Shown here piece by piece: positions 9,296 to 18,840 of a stretch of DNA of 32,000 bases (positions are counted from its first letter, which is position 1; each line of letters starts with the position of its first letter). Location of the stretch: the NCBI GenBank assembly GCA_022508735.1, contig JAFLUQ010000003.1, positions 10,287 through 42,286 on the forward strand, read 5' to 3'. A model generated the notes under the pieces. The model did no database searches. It saw nothing but the letters and a program-made list of their open reading frames with translations, and had not been told where the DNA came from. The position numbers and the translations under genes are program-made. This stretch comes from Oscillospiraceae bacterium. Lineage in GTDB: Bacteria; Bacillota; Clostridia; UMGS1883.

Positions 9296-10528
9296 TTAAT
9301 ACGCCGCGTTAATGTGAAGAGCACCGTCAAAATATACGGTTGGCCGCAGCAGCTGAATCACCTCCCATGTCAATGGAAGATAAACGATATCTCTGTATAT
9401 AAGCGGCGGCCACTCATGATCATAATACAAATTTCCTCTTATATACACGTTAGAATTCAAAGAAGCTGCACGTATTTTTTCAGCCTTTTTGGCTGAGTCG
9501 AGCTTCGGATATGCCTTAGCGGAATCATCAAGATATAAGGCCGTGCTGCCGGGAAAATTCACTCTAAGCCCTAACATCAGGCAGTTTTCATAAGTACATG
9601 GGAAATATATAACATTCCTGCCAAACATAAGCGGATATCTTAGACGCAGGTTATCGACCTTATTTTCATTTATATACAGCTCAAAGGGTATCGGCTCAAG
9701 CATTTCTCCCGGAGCGAACATATCCTCCAGAATCTCTTCGGCCGACATATTACGGTAATTGTCCGGGTCTGCCATAGTCTCAAAGCTCCATCTGAACTGG
9801 TTATAGCTGTTAAGGTAAGAGGTGCTTACCCCAACCGCCGGGTATCTTTCATAGAGCTCCGGCCAGTATTTTTGTGAATACTCCCGGGCAAGCCTAACAG
9901 CCATGCTCTCCGCTTTTCCGTTAGGAGCCGGCGTCCCGGCGAGGCGCACGCAGGGCGGGGACGCATGCGCAAGAACAATGCTCCCGTCCGCGCAGCTCCC
10001 CACGACCATATAAACGTGACTGCCCGGCAGGCTCATTATATCGCCGGCCTTAAAATCCGTCACCTTACCGCTCGCGGTAAAGCTTCCCCATCCGCGGCCG
10101 GCAAAATTAGCTGCCATTTCTCCCGCCTTCATTACATAGCCTTCTTTGCCGCTCTCCGTATTCATAACATTATAAACGCACCATCCGATATAGCCCGAGC
10201 AATCAAGGCCGTCATATATCTGGTATCTTGTGTTGCGATAGTTGTAATTCCTGTTCTGAGAAGCAAAATATTCGCCCCATCGCGGGCTTACACCTATTGT
10301 CACAGCCGGGGTGCCTGCTCCGGTGTCGGCCTCGTTCCAGCCGCCGCCCCACACATACAAGGTTTTGCCTATGGGCTGAACGGCTGTAAGGAGCAAATTT
10401 TTAATTGTTCGTTCTCCCGGGGTGGCCGTCGGCACAGCTTCACTTGCACCTACTGAAGGCGCAAGCAGCAAAACCGCCATCGCGGCTATTGAAAAAATGG
10501 CTGATTTTAACCCCTTCAAACCAATCAC
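9296..10528 (-). CDS. secreted NlpC/P60 (C40) cell-wall hydrolase with two C-terminal stalk-like repeats
   Basis: Signal peptide. The YVWGGGW, GLDCSGYIGWCVY (catalytic Cys) and GDIMSLPGSHVYMVVG (His) motifs are present. The C-terminus has two repeats resembling copper-amine-oxidase-N-like modules. The start codon is uncertain (GTG at 10528 or TTG at 10519). Confidence 0.7.
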   Translation of the reverse strand: MIGLKGLKSAIFSIAAMAVLLLAPSVGASEAVPTATPGERTIKNLLLTAVQPIGKTLYVWGGGWNEADTGAGTPAVTIGVSPRWGEYFASQNRNYNYRNTRYQIYDGLDCSGYIGWCVYNVMNTESGKEGYVMKAGEMAANFAGRGWGSFTASGKVTDFKAGDIMSLPGSHVYMVVGSCADGSIVLAHASPPCVRLAGTPAPNGKAESMAVRLAREYSQKYWPELYERYPAVGVSTSYLNSYNQFRWSFETMADPDNYRNMSAEEILEDMFAPGEMLEPIPFELYINENKVDNLRLRYPLMFGRNVIYFPCTYENCLMLGLRVNFPGSTALYLDDSAKAYPKLDSAKKAEKIRAASLNSNVYIRGNLYYDHEWPPLIYRDIVYLPLTWEVIQLLRPTVYFDGALHINAAY

Positions 10529-10555
10529 CCGCCTTATGTTTTTTCAAGAGTCACA

Positions 10556-10587
10556 CGGCACTCCCCGGATACACCAAGGGAGTGCCG
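10556..10587. terminator. conserved stem-loop downstream of the first giant paralog
   Basis: CGGCACTCCC / GGGAGTGCCG 10-bp stem. The T-run lies on the plus side (10590..10595). A near-identical hairpin follows the second paralog. Confidence 0.5.
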
Positions 10588-10597
10588 CATTTTTTAT

Positions 10598-13500
10598 TTA
10601 ATAATTAAGATATTCGGTGTCCTCCCAAAGCTCAAAGCCGTCGAGCCTCTGATGCCGAAGTCTCCAGTAGGAGGCATAACGCTCAGGGAACAGCAGCTGC
10701 AGCGCCTTTTGACGATCACGGTTGTTGTAGCAAACGAAATACAGTCTGCCGAACTCGGCAAAGTCCTCATATTTACTTGTATTGGCATACTGTGACACCA
10801 TGATCATATCGTTGGCCATTGCGTTGGCCCAGCCGCCGCCATGCGACCAGTTGCCGTTAGACATATCAACGCTGTGGCTGAACTCGTGAGAAATGAGGTT
10901 TTTGATCGTATTCACATCTCTGGTGCCCTGCACGCGTATATAAAGGTCTGATGTTCCGCAATTGAAGCTGTTGGCAGTATCTACCCTGATCTTAACAGAC
11001 CTTATATATCTTCTGTAGGAATAAGGTATCTGAACAACGGCCTTCTTGAAGTTTTCGGCGTTTGTTCTGGCGTCGTTATGATCCTCAACATACAGGTCCA
11101 TAGATTGCTGAAGGCTTCCGTCTTTATTATATATTCTGAGAGTATACCTTGTTCCGTTAAGCATAGTTCCTCGCCAGAAGTCGTAGCTGCCGTAAACCCC
11201 ATCATCGGTGGCGCAGGTAACTCCTTCGGTTTCGGGGAGATTTGCACTTGGCGGATATAGGTCTGTATTGGTCACCAAATAGCCGTCGGTAGTGTTAAAA
11301 AAGTTATTAAGGCTGTTGTATTGCGCTGTCACGCTGAGATCTCCCGGCAATATTTTTGTATTGAAAATATTGTCCAGTCGCTTTCTTGCCGTCCACTCCG
11401 CGCCAACAATGTTGTTGCTGTAGCGATCAAACACGTCGCCCGCGACAGTTTCATAGATAGTCTCTATTCTTTTTCTCTGAGCCTCGGTAAGCATCGCATA
11501 GGCCGAGGTCCTTGAAGCGAGATACAAGGGACTTTCATCGTAAAGCGGGTTAAATACCAGCTCAACCTTGTTTGCCTCGGCTACCGCCGCAAGATAACTG
11601 CCCGACAGTCCGATATAAACGTCATTATCAGCGCTTCTCATGTAGTAAGAGAGGTGCTCGGGGCTGTAGTTCTCACTCTCCTCCAGATACCAGTGCTGGG
11701 TCAGGTCGTTGTATGCATAGTCACCGCTGGGGAGCTGAGACCCTTGATCAGCTGTGGTAATTCTGCGGTTAGAGGAGCGGCAGAGCAGGGCAAAGGTGCC
11801 GTCGGCCATGTCACGGGGCAGGAACTGCGCGCTTGTGTCACGAACGCTGTTATAGTCGGCGCTGATTCTGCCGCTGTTGCCTCGAATGTATTTGTCGTTA
11901 ACCGTAATGCCGTAATACAGCCCCGCAAAGCCTTTGTATTCCACCTCTGAGGGGTCAACCGGCACTTCCGGCTCACCTGGGATCACCGCTCCGCCCGCGG
12001 CTGAGAAGTTGTCAATATAGAAGTAGTAATTTGAGTAATTGCCGTTTCTGACAGTTGTGTTGTGAGAATTGCTTATAAGCGCTATGGTGTCTATCTTAGC
12101 GCCGTTGGTTCTGGCGCGCATAGTGCCGCTGGTGTAAGCTATGCCGTCGGCTCCTGTCACGCTGACTCTGTATGTATTCTCGGTAATATTGCCGCTGATG
12201 GTAACGGCATAGGTCTCTCCGGCCTTCGCCTCGCAGAGGTTTGTCTGAGTCGTATCGGTATAGCCGCCGTTTCCGTTGCCTGTGCGCACGCCGAAGTAAC
12301 CGTTATTCGGGAACAGCAGGATCGCCGACGAGGTATTATACGCGAGGGTGCCGTTAGCGCTGTCGCCTAACAAAACGGCATTGTCGCCCTCCCGCACTAT
12401 GGTCAGCTCAAAGCTGACGGTGTATTCTCCCGCAATGGCAGGGTCAATTTCATGGTAGCCAACACTGGCCGAGTTGCCCGAAAGCTGATTGTCGCTGACC
12501 CAAGGCTGATACAGCCCGAAGTCAACGGTAATGGTGCTTCCTGAAATAACTGTTACGGTTCTGGGGTTAGCCTGAGCCTTTCTGCTGCCCGAGGTGCTGA
12601 CCTCAATAATATAATCTCCCGGCGTAAGATTATTGAAGCTGTATGTACCGCTGTAGTCACCCCAGAAGCCGGTTCTCGTGCTCGTGCTGTAAGATCCGTC
12701 AACGGCAGTCAGCGTCACAGCCGTATAGGTCACGCCGCTCTCGTCGTCATCTCTGATACCGTTGCTGTTGTTGTCGTTCCAAACAATGCCCTCGATGCTG
12801 CCGGGGTCGGTGGCCTTTGTGAGCATGAAATCAGCTTCGGCCTCTCCTCCCGGAGCGACAGTTACCGTAACGCTCTCCGTCTCGGTCAGCGTATTCACGG
12901 GCAAAGCGATCGTCAGGGTGTATTCTCCTGGCTCAAGGCCGACAAAGCTGTAGACGCCGTTTTCATCGGTTACGGCCTCGGGCATGCCCGCGCTCATATC
13001 GCCGTCACGGCTTAAGCTCACGCCTTCTAAGCCCTCGCCCTCGTCCATTACGCCGTTATCGTTTTTGTCCAGCCACACAAGTCCGCTCACAGAGCCGCGC
13101 TTAAGCGCGAAGCCTATGCCTGTAACGGTCTCTTCGCCGGGTAATACAAGAGCCTCGGTGTTGTCTGTCGTCAGCTCGTAGTTTTCGGGCACGGGCGTGC
13201 TCACGCTGTATGTGCCGGGCCTGAGGCCGGCAAAGCTATATGCGCCGTTTTCATCAGTAGTTACCGATTCACCTGTGCTCAGCGTCACAACCGCACCGGC
13301 GCAAACCTCCTCCTCATCATCCTTCGCCTGATTGCGGTTTGCGTCGATCCACACCACGCCCGAGATCGAGCCTATGTTTATGGCAAAGCCTACGTTGTTC
13401 TCGGCTGCTTCACCGGCAATAACGGTTATCTCCTTACTTTCATTACCCGTCGTGCAGATGTAGTCCTCAGGCACAGCCACGGCCACAGTATAGCTGCCGG

Positions 13501-14587
13501 GAGCAAGCTTTTCAAACTTATACGCACCGTTTTCATCGGTCTTAAGCTCAGTCTCACCGAGCGTCACCGCTACTCCGGCCATGAGCTCCTCGCCTTCGTC
13601 CTTCACTCCGTTGCGGTTGGCGTCGCTGTATACCACGCCGGAAATTGTTCCAACGTTTATGGCAAGACCAACATTGTTTTCAACAGCCTCACCCTCGTGA
13701 ACGCTGACCTCAAGGCTCTCGTTGCCGGTGGTGATAATATAGTCCTCGGGGGTCTCCACCGTAACAGTGTAGTCCGTCGGGATCAGATTTTCAAACTTAT
13801 ATGTACCGTCCTCGCCGGTAACAGCTGTATCCTCGCCAAGCGTAACCTTCACGCCGGGCATAGGCTCCTCGCCCTCGTCCTTTACGCTGTTACGGTCAGC
13901 ATCGTTCCAAACTGTGCCGGAAATCGAGCCGGGCAGAAGCTTAAAGCCAAAGGCGGCCTCTGCCTTCCCGCCGTCAGCAACAGTAACGCTGAGAGGATTG
14001 TCCCCAATGGACTCACGGCCCGACGGGTCAGTCACCTCAACTGTATATTCACCTTCGGGAAGCTCCTCAAAGGTATATTCTCCGTTTTCATCGGTCTCAG
14101 CCTCTATGGCCGTTTCACCCTGCACGAGCTTTATCGCCGCGCCGGGCAGCTTCTTATCGTTCTCCCCGAACGATCCATCGCCATCGGCGTCAACCCATGC
14201 AGACACCTTAAGCTCACCCACCTTGGGCAGCTCGGGAGTTATGCCCTCTGGGGTGATCATAGAAACAACTGCCGACATGGGCGTTATATTATCCCAGCTC
14301 CAGAGCATGAGCTTTGCGCTGCCGTTTTCGGCATTTTTAACGGTGACGCTGAGCTCTGCCGCCGAGTTTTCAATCGTCTTAGTGCCGAGGCCCACAAGCA
14401 TGTCCCCTTCATAGAGGGCAAGCACGGCTCTTAAGCCGTCCTCAACTCCAGTGAGCTTCACGCTCAGCTCTCCTTCAGTCAGCACCTGTGTGTTCCACTG
14501 AAAGCCAATGCCCTCCGCGTGTGCCAAAGAGGCAAAACACAGCAGCAGTGCAAAGAGCACAAGCGCGGTTTTGAACGTTTTTTTCAT
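10598..14587 (-). CDS. 1329-aa secreted multidomain protein: six SdrD-type B (Cna-B-like) repeats, a LamG/jelly-roll-like module, a possible beta-trefoil, and a C-terminal M34/anthrax-lethal-factor-like (PPEP-like) zinc metalloprotease domain
   Basis: Signal peptide MKKTFKTALVLFALLLCFASLAHA. Repeated G(S/T)ISGxVWxDxNxNGxxDxxE...DENGxYxFxxLxPGxYTV units are present. HEFSH (ISHEFSHSVD) is followed by YEDFAEFGRLYF, which resembles the HExxH...E(F/Y)FAEAF arrangement of peptidase family M34. No LPXTG or other anchor at the C-terminus. Confidence 0.75.
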   Translation of the reverse strand: MKKTFKTALVLFALLLCFASLAHAEGIGFQWNTQVLTEGELSVKLTGVEDGLRAVLALYEGDMLVGLGTKTIENSAAELSVTVKNAENGSAKLMLWSWDNITPMSAVVSMITPEGITPELPKVGELKVSAWVDADGDGSFGENDKKLPGAAIKLVQGETAIEAETDENGEYTFEELPEGEYTVEVTDPSGRESIGDNPLSVTVADGGKAEAAFGFKLLPGSISGTVWNDADRNSVKDEGEEPMPGVKVTLGEDTAVTGEDGTYKFENLIPTDYTVTVETPEDYIITTGNESLEVSVHEGEAVENNVGLAINVGTISGVVYSDANRNGVKDEGEELMAGVAVTLGETELKTDENGAYKFEKLAPGSYTVAVAVPEDYICTTGNESKEITVIAGEAAENNVGFAINIGSISGVVWIDANRNQAKDDEEEVCAGAVVTLSTGESVTTDENGAYSFAGLRPGTYSVSTPVPENYELTTDNTEALVLPGEETVTGIGFALKRGSVSGLVWLDKNDNGVMDEGEGLEGVSLSRDGDMSAGMPEAVTDENGVYSFVGLEPGEYTLTIALPVNTLTETESVTVTVAPGGEAEADFMLTKATDPGSIEGIVWNDNNSNGIRDDDESGVTYTAVTLTAVDGSYSTSTRTGFWGDYSGTYSFNNLTPGDYIIEVSTSGSRKAQANPRTVTVISGSTITVDFGLYQPWVSDNQLSGNSASVGYHEIDPAIAGEYTVSFELTIVREGDNAVLLGDSANGTLAYNTSSAILLFPNNGYFGVRTGNGNGGYTDTTQTNLCEAKAGETYAVTISGNITENTYRVSVTGADGIAYTSGTMRARTNGAKIDTIALISNSHNTTVRNGNYSNYYFYIDNFSAAGGAVIPGEPEVPVDPSEVEYKGFAGLYYGITVNDKYIRGNSGRISADYNSVRDTSAQFLPRDMADGTFALLCRSSNRRITTADQGSQLPSGDYAYNDLTQHWYLEESENYSPEHLSYYMRSADNDVYIGLSGSYLAAVAEANKVELVFNPLYDESPLYLASRTSAYAMLTEAQRKRIETIYETVAGDVFDRYSNNIVGAEWTARKRLDNIFNTKILPGDLSVTAQYNSLNNFFNTTDGYLVTNTDLYPPSANLPETEGVTCATDDGVYGSYDFWRGTMLNGTRYTLRIYNKDGSLQQSMDLYVEDHNDARTNAENFKKAVVQIPYSYRRYIRSVKIRVDTANSFNCGTSDLYIRVQGTRDVNTIKNLISHEFSHSVDMSNGNWSHGGGWANAMANDMIMVSQYANTSKYEDFAEFGRLYFVCYNNRDRQKALQLLFPERYASYWRLRHQRLDGFELWEDTEYLNY

Positions 14588-14640
14588 TGTTGATCCATCC
14601 TTTTACTATAAATTATAAAAACATATTATACTACAATTTA

Positions 14641-14669
14641 AGTATAATATATGCCGGTAAAAAAGTCAA
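14641..14669 (-). promoter_or_regulatory. promoter of the first giant paralog
   Basis: Minus strand: TTGACT (14664..14669), 17 nt, TATACT (14641..14646). The same architecture precedes the second paralog. Confidence 0.6.
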
Positions 14670-14708
14670 CACTGAATAAAAAAATATCATATCTTCATAT
14701 ATAGACAT

Positions 14709-14743
14709 ACGGCACTCCCCCGGGCGTGCCGAAGGAGTGCCGT
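14709..14743. terminator. conserved stem-loop downstream of the second giant paralog
   Basis: ACGGCACTCC / GGAGTGCCGT stem, with a T-run on the plus side. Confidence 0.5.
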
Positions 14744-14761
14744 TTATTTTTTATCTATTTA

Positions 14762-17700
14762 TTATTCAAGATATTCCGTGTCTTCCCAAAGCTCAAAGCC
14801 ACCAAGGTTATTGTGCCTGAGCCTCCAGTAAGAAGCATATCGGTTGGGGAAAATGATCTGCATAGCCTTCTGGCGGTCACGATTATCGTAGCAGAGGAAG
14901 TAGAGTCTGCCAAACTCGGCAAAATCCTCCCACTTGGTAGAGTTGGCATAGGGCGAAACGATGAACATATCGTCCTTCATTGCCTTATCCCAGCCTCCGC
15001 CCTGCGACCAGCTTCCGTTGATCTGGTCGATGCTGTGGCTCAGCTCGTGGGATATCGTGCCGGCCATACTGTTCGCGTCGGGCGTCCAGTTCAGGCGAAT
15101 AAACATGTCCGTCGAGCCGCAGTTGTAGCTGTTAGCTCCGTCCTCCCTCACATATACGCTCCTGATATACTGCCGATAAACAGAGGGTATTTTAATTATA
15201 GCCTTCTTGAAGGTCTCTGCGTTCTTACGAGCCGTGTCATTGTCCTGAACATATAGAGTCAGCTCCTGAATCGTCCCGTCGGTATTGGTTATTGTGATCG
15301 GGTATGCGGTTCCCTTTTGCTCCTCCGACCATGTCCAGAATTTATAGCTGCCGTCCGTACCGCTGCCCTGAGCGAGCTTCGTTCCTTCGGTGCCCGGCAG
15401 AGTCGCTAAGGAATAACCGCTTCCGCCGTCGGTGATCACAAATTTGCCGGCTGTGGTGCCGTTTTCATTGTGCGGAGCAGCGAAGAACCAGTTATAGATT
15501 TCCTCATAGCCCTCCTCCGCGCTCATGTCGCTATCCAGAATCTTGTTAAAGGTATTGTCGAACCTTTTTCTGAATGTATATCCTGTATCGTCCGGGCCGT
15601 AGCGGCCGATCGCGTCTCCGGCTACAGACTCGTAAATCTCGGCTATTCTCTTTCGCTGAGCCGAGGTCAGCATTGCGTATGCCTCAGTTCGGGATATCTT
15701 GTAAAGCGGGCTCTGATCCTCGTCGGGAAGGGGATTGAATATGAGCTCAACCTTATTGCTCTCATTCACAGAGGTAAGATAGCCGCCCGAAAGTCCGATA
15801 TAAAGACCGTTATCGGCACTTTTCAGGTAATAGGCCGGGGTCTCTTCGGTATAGCTGGGTCCTTCCTCAAGAATCCAGTGCTGGGTCAGGTCGTTCATTT
15901 TACTTGCGTTGTAGTCGCTGCTCGTGAGCCTGCTGCCTCTGTTTGCCGCAGTGATCCTGCGCTCCCACGACATGCAGACAAAAGCATAGCTTCCGTCGCC
16001 CATATACCGGGGCATGAATTCATTGCTGCGGTCTGTTACGCTTACATTGTCGGCAGATATCTGCCCATTGTTGCCGCGAAGCCTGAGGCCATTTACCGTA
16101 ACGGCATAATACTGCCCCGCAAAGCCGTTATAGGTCGGGTCTTCCGGCTCCGGCAAGATCTCCTCAGCAAGGAAGTTTTTGATGTAGAAATTGAAATCAG
16201 AGTAAACGTCACCTTGGGTAACAGTTTTATGACTGTTACTTATAAGGGCTATGGTATCAAGCTTAGCGCCGTTCTTTCTGGCGTGAAGCTCATTGCTTGT
16301 ATAGGTATTTCCGTCCTCATCGGTGATAGTTACGGTATATGTGTTGGCGGATATATCTCCATCGATGGTCACCGCATAGGTCTTGCCGGCCGCCGCTGTG
16401 CAAAGTGCAACAGCACCGCCGCTGTAGCCGCCGTTTCCGTTACCGTCACGCACAGAGAAATCATCGCTGTTGAACAGAAGGATCACCGAGGAGGTGCCGT
16501 ACGACACATTTCCATCAACCGGATTTATATTTGCGCTGTCACCTAAGATTATGGCGTTATCACCTTTGGTGTTGAGAATCAGATCAAAGCTGATACTGTA
16601 GCCGGCCTTAATATCTTCTTCTATCGCATAGAAGGCCACGGTGTCAGCCTTATTCTGTTTCTGATCATCGCTGACCCAAAGCCGTTTAAAGCCGAAGTTT
16701 TCGATTATCAAATCGTCACTGATAACGGTGACAGTTCGGGGATTTTCAAGAGTAGCCTCTCTGTCATTGGGAGCAGATACCGAAAGGGTGTATTCTCCAG
16801 GCTCAAGCCCCTCAAATTTGTAGGTGCCGTCTGTGGCGGTTCTGGCAGTTTTTTTCTTTCCGTCTCCCGCCGTCAGGGTGACGGTTCTGCCCGACATCCC
16901 GGTCTCATCACCGTCTCTTACGCCGTCGCCGTTGGTGTCGTTCCAAACCACGCCGTTAATGGCGCCGGGAAGCGCCGCCTTTGCCTTAAGGCCAAAGTCA
17001 GCCACTGCCGTTTTTTCGGCCTCCACGGTCAGCTCCACGCTGCCCGGAGTGGAAGCCTCCATGCCCTCGGGCACGGCTACGCTCACCGTATAGCTGCCGG
17101 GGGCAAGCTTATCAAATTTATAAATACCGTTCTCGTCGGTAGACGCGGTGAACGCACCGGCCGTTACTGTAACACCGGGCATTGGCTCTTCGCCCTCGCC
17201 CTTTTTGCCGTCGCCGTCAACGTCGTTCCACACTGAGCCCGATATCGAGCCGGGCAGCGGCTTAAAGCCGAAGCCGGCCTCTGCCTTCTCACCCTGAGAA
17301 ACGGTAACACTGAGAGGATTCTCCCCAATGGCCTCGCGGCCCGCCGGGTCAGTCACACCTACCGTATATTCACCCTCAGGGAGCTCCTCAAATATGTACT
17401 CACCGTTTTCATCGGTCACTGCCTCTACGGCTGTTTCACCCTGCACGAGCTTTATTGCCGCGCCGGGCAGCTTCTGATCTCCCTCGCCGAATATACCGTC
17501 TCCGTTGGCGTCCACCCATGCAGACACCTTAAGCTCGCCCACCTTGGGCAGCTCGGGAGTTATGCCCTCGGGGGTTATCACAGAAACAACCGCCGACATG
17601 GGCGTTATCTTATCCCAGCTCCAGAGCATGAGCTTTGCGCAGCCGTTTTCGGCATTTTTAACGGTGACGCTGAGCTCTGCCGCCGAGTTTTCAACTGTTT

Positions 17701-17908
17701 TGGTACTGAGGCCCACAAGCATGTCCCCTTCATAAAGGGCCAGCACGGCTCTGAGTCCGTCCTCCGCTCCTGTGAGTCCTGCGCTCAGCTCTCCCTCAGT
17801 CAACGCGTCCGTGTTCCACTGAAAGCCAACGCCCTCCGCGTGGGCCAAAGAAGCAAAACACAGCAGCAACGCAAAGAGCACGAGCGCGGCTTTAAATGTT
17901 TTTTTCAT
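14762..17908 (-). CDS. 1048-aa paralog of 10598..14587 (three B repeats, LamG-like module, C-terminal HExxH M34-like domain)
   Basis: The first ~220 aa are nearly identical to the other paralog, including the signal peptide. ISHELSHSID and WEDFAEFGRLYF are present, and the tail ELWEDTEYL is shared. Confidence 0.75.
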   Translation of the reverse strand: MKKTFKAALVLFALLLCFASLAHAEGVGFQWNTDALTEGELSAGLTGAEDGLRAVLALYEGDMLVGLSTKTVENSAAELSVTVKNAENGCAKLMLWSWDKITPMSAVVSVITPEGITPELPKVGELKVSAWVDANGDGIFGEGDQKLPGAAIKLVQGETAVEAVTDENGEYIFEELPEGEYTVGVTDPAGREAIGENPLSVTVSQGEKAEAGFGFKPLPGSISGSVWNDVDGDGKKGEGEEPMPGVTVTAGAFTASTDENGIYKFDKLAPGSYTVSVAVPEGMEASTPGSVELTVEAEKTAVADFGLKAKAALPGAINGVVWNDTNGDGVRDGDETGMSGRTVTLTAGDGKKKTARTATDGTYKFEGLEPGEYTLSVSAPNDREATLENPRTVTVISDDLIIENFGFKRLWVSDDQKQNKADTVAFYAIEEDIKAGYSISFDLILNTKGDNAIILGDSANINPVDGNVSYGTSSVILLFNSDDFSVRDGNGNGGYSGGAVALCTAAAGKTYAVTIDGDISANTYTVTITDEDGNTYTSNELHARKNGAKLDTIALISNSHKTVTQGDVYSDFNFYIKNFLAEEILPEPEDPTYNGFAGQYYAVTVNGLRLRGNNGQISADNVSVTDRSNEFMPRYMGDGSYAFVCMSWERRITAANRGSRLTSSDYNASKMNDLTQHWILEEGPSYTEETPAYYLKSADNGLYIGLSGGYLTSVNESNKVELIFNPLPDEDQSPLYKISRTEAYAMLTSAQRKRIAEIYESVAGDAIGRYGPDDTGYTFRKRFDNTFNKILDSDMSAEEGYEEIYNWFFAAPHNENGTTAGKFVITDGGSGYSLATLPGTEGTKLAQGSGTDGSYKFWTWSEEQKGTAYPITITNTDGTIQELTLYVQDNDTARKNAETFKKAIIKIPSVYRQYIRSVYVREDGANSYNCGSTDMFIRLNWTPDANSMAGTISHELSHSIDQINGSWSQGGGWDKAMKDDMFIVSPYANSTKWEDFAEFGRLYFLCYDNRDRQKAMQIIFPNRYASYWRLRHNNLGGFELWEDTEYLE

Positions 17909-17947
17909 GATTGATCCTCCCCTTTTAATACATTATTACAATATTTT

Positions 17948-17976
17948 AGTATAATACAGTCAGGCAGAAAAGTCAA
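17948..17976 (-). promoter_or_regulatory. promoter of the second giant paralog
   Basis: Minus strand: TTGACT (17971..17976), 17 nt, TATACT (17948..17953). GGGGAGGA RBS lies before the ATG. Confidence 0.6.
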
Positions 17977-18191
17977 CAGGAAATCAACAATTAACACATT
18001 TTATTAAGAAAAATTAATGAAGGCTGCATATTTCATACGCCTTCTCGCCGACCCTCTTAAAAATGAACACGGTAGTATCTCCCCCTTCGTTTATCGCATT
18101 GATAAGCTGCCCGCCCTTGGCAGCATACTCACTATTTGTTATATCATCTTTGAACAATATACTCACCTCATCCTTGGTAAAAGCGGCCCAA

Positions 18192-18671
18192 TCAAACCGC
18201 CGCCGGCTTCACGATTTTGCGCAGCAGCCCCGCAAAAAACTCCTCCACGGCGCAGTACTTGTCTACCATTGTAACAAGATAGCCCTCCCTGTGGCGCGGC
18301 GGGGTCCATGTGGCGAGCCACATATGGCTTCTGATTATATCCCCCTCTAACTTAGTCAGGGTGAAGTTTCGCTTTGCGTTCCGATATGCAATTTCCGGAT
18401 GCAGGCGGCAGTGCTCTCTTGCGGAATATCCGGTCTCTTTGAAATTATAATAGAACATATCGTGCATGAGTCCGGCTCTGGCAGCTGCCCGGTAGTCCCA
18501 GCCAAAGAGCCGGGCCAGAGCATAGCTCTTATAGCTCACGTTTATACTGTGACTGAGGCGCGTCGTCCCCATGTGCTGCATGAAATCGTCTAACCGCTGT
18601 ATGCAGGGCGCGCTCAGCACATCGGCTACGTTGGCCATGTATTCGGCATATTTCGGGCTGTTCTCGCGCAC
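18192..18671 (-). CDS. HD-domain phosphohydrolase
   Basis: RLSHSINVSYKSYALARL...AGLMHDMFYY is an H...HD signature. The ORF is open up to 18818, but a promoter lies inside that extension. GTG at 18671 has an AAGGAAAGGA RBS, so I call the shorter form. Confidence 0.65.
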   Translation of the reverse strand: MRENSPKYAEYMANVADVLSAPCIQRLDDFMQHMGTTRLSHSINVSYKSYALARLFGWDYRAAARAGLMHDMFYYNFKETGYSAREHCRLHPEIAYRNAKRNFTLTKLEGDIIRSHMWLATWTPPRHREGYLVTMVDKYCAVEEFFAGLLRKIVKPAAV

Positions 18672-18693
18672 TTTACCACATCCTTTCCTTACT

Positions 18694-18722
18694 ATTCTAA
18701 CACGCATCAATGGCAAAGGCAA
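18694..18722 (-). promoter_or_regulatory. promoter of the HD hydrolase gene
   Basis: Minus strand: TTGCCT, 17 nt, TAGAAT preceded by TGT. Confidence 0.5.
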
Positions 18723-18767
18723 CATGAATTTTATTCCAAATACATTGTTTTTTATTATATATTCTTC

Positions 18768-18796
18768 TTGCAAAGCCGCCCGACTTGTGCTATAAT
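18768..18796 (+). promoter_or_regulatory. promoter of the membrane-protein/guaA operon
   Basis: TTGCAA (18768..18773), 17 nt, TATAAT (18791..18796) preceded by TGC. Confidence 0.6.
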
Positions 18797-18840
18797 AATA
18801 TTTAATATATAACGACATGTGACAAAAAGGGGGAATTTTT

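Noticed and set aside
13697-16546. Long plus-strand ORFs antisense to the giant paralogs (13697..14434, 13914..14414, 15470..16546). Similar antisense ORFs lie in cca (3852..4523), the flippase (7297..7830), guaA (19321..20331) and mazG (6116..6607).
   Set aside because: These are shadow ORFs of high-G+C coding regions. They have low-complexity Ser/Pro/Arg/Ala-rich translations, no RBS, and overlap strongly supported genes completely.
18005-18190. A possible ~50-aa minus-strand ORF (…VSILFKDDITNSEYAAKGGQLINAINEGGDTTVFIFKRVGEKAYEICSLH) just downstream of the HD gene.
   Set aside because: It has only GTG or TTG start candidates with poor RBS spacing, and I recognise no family. The evidence is insufficient to call it.
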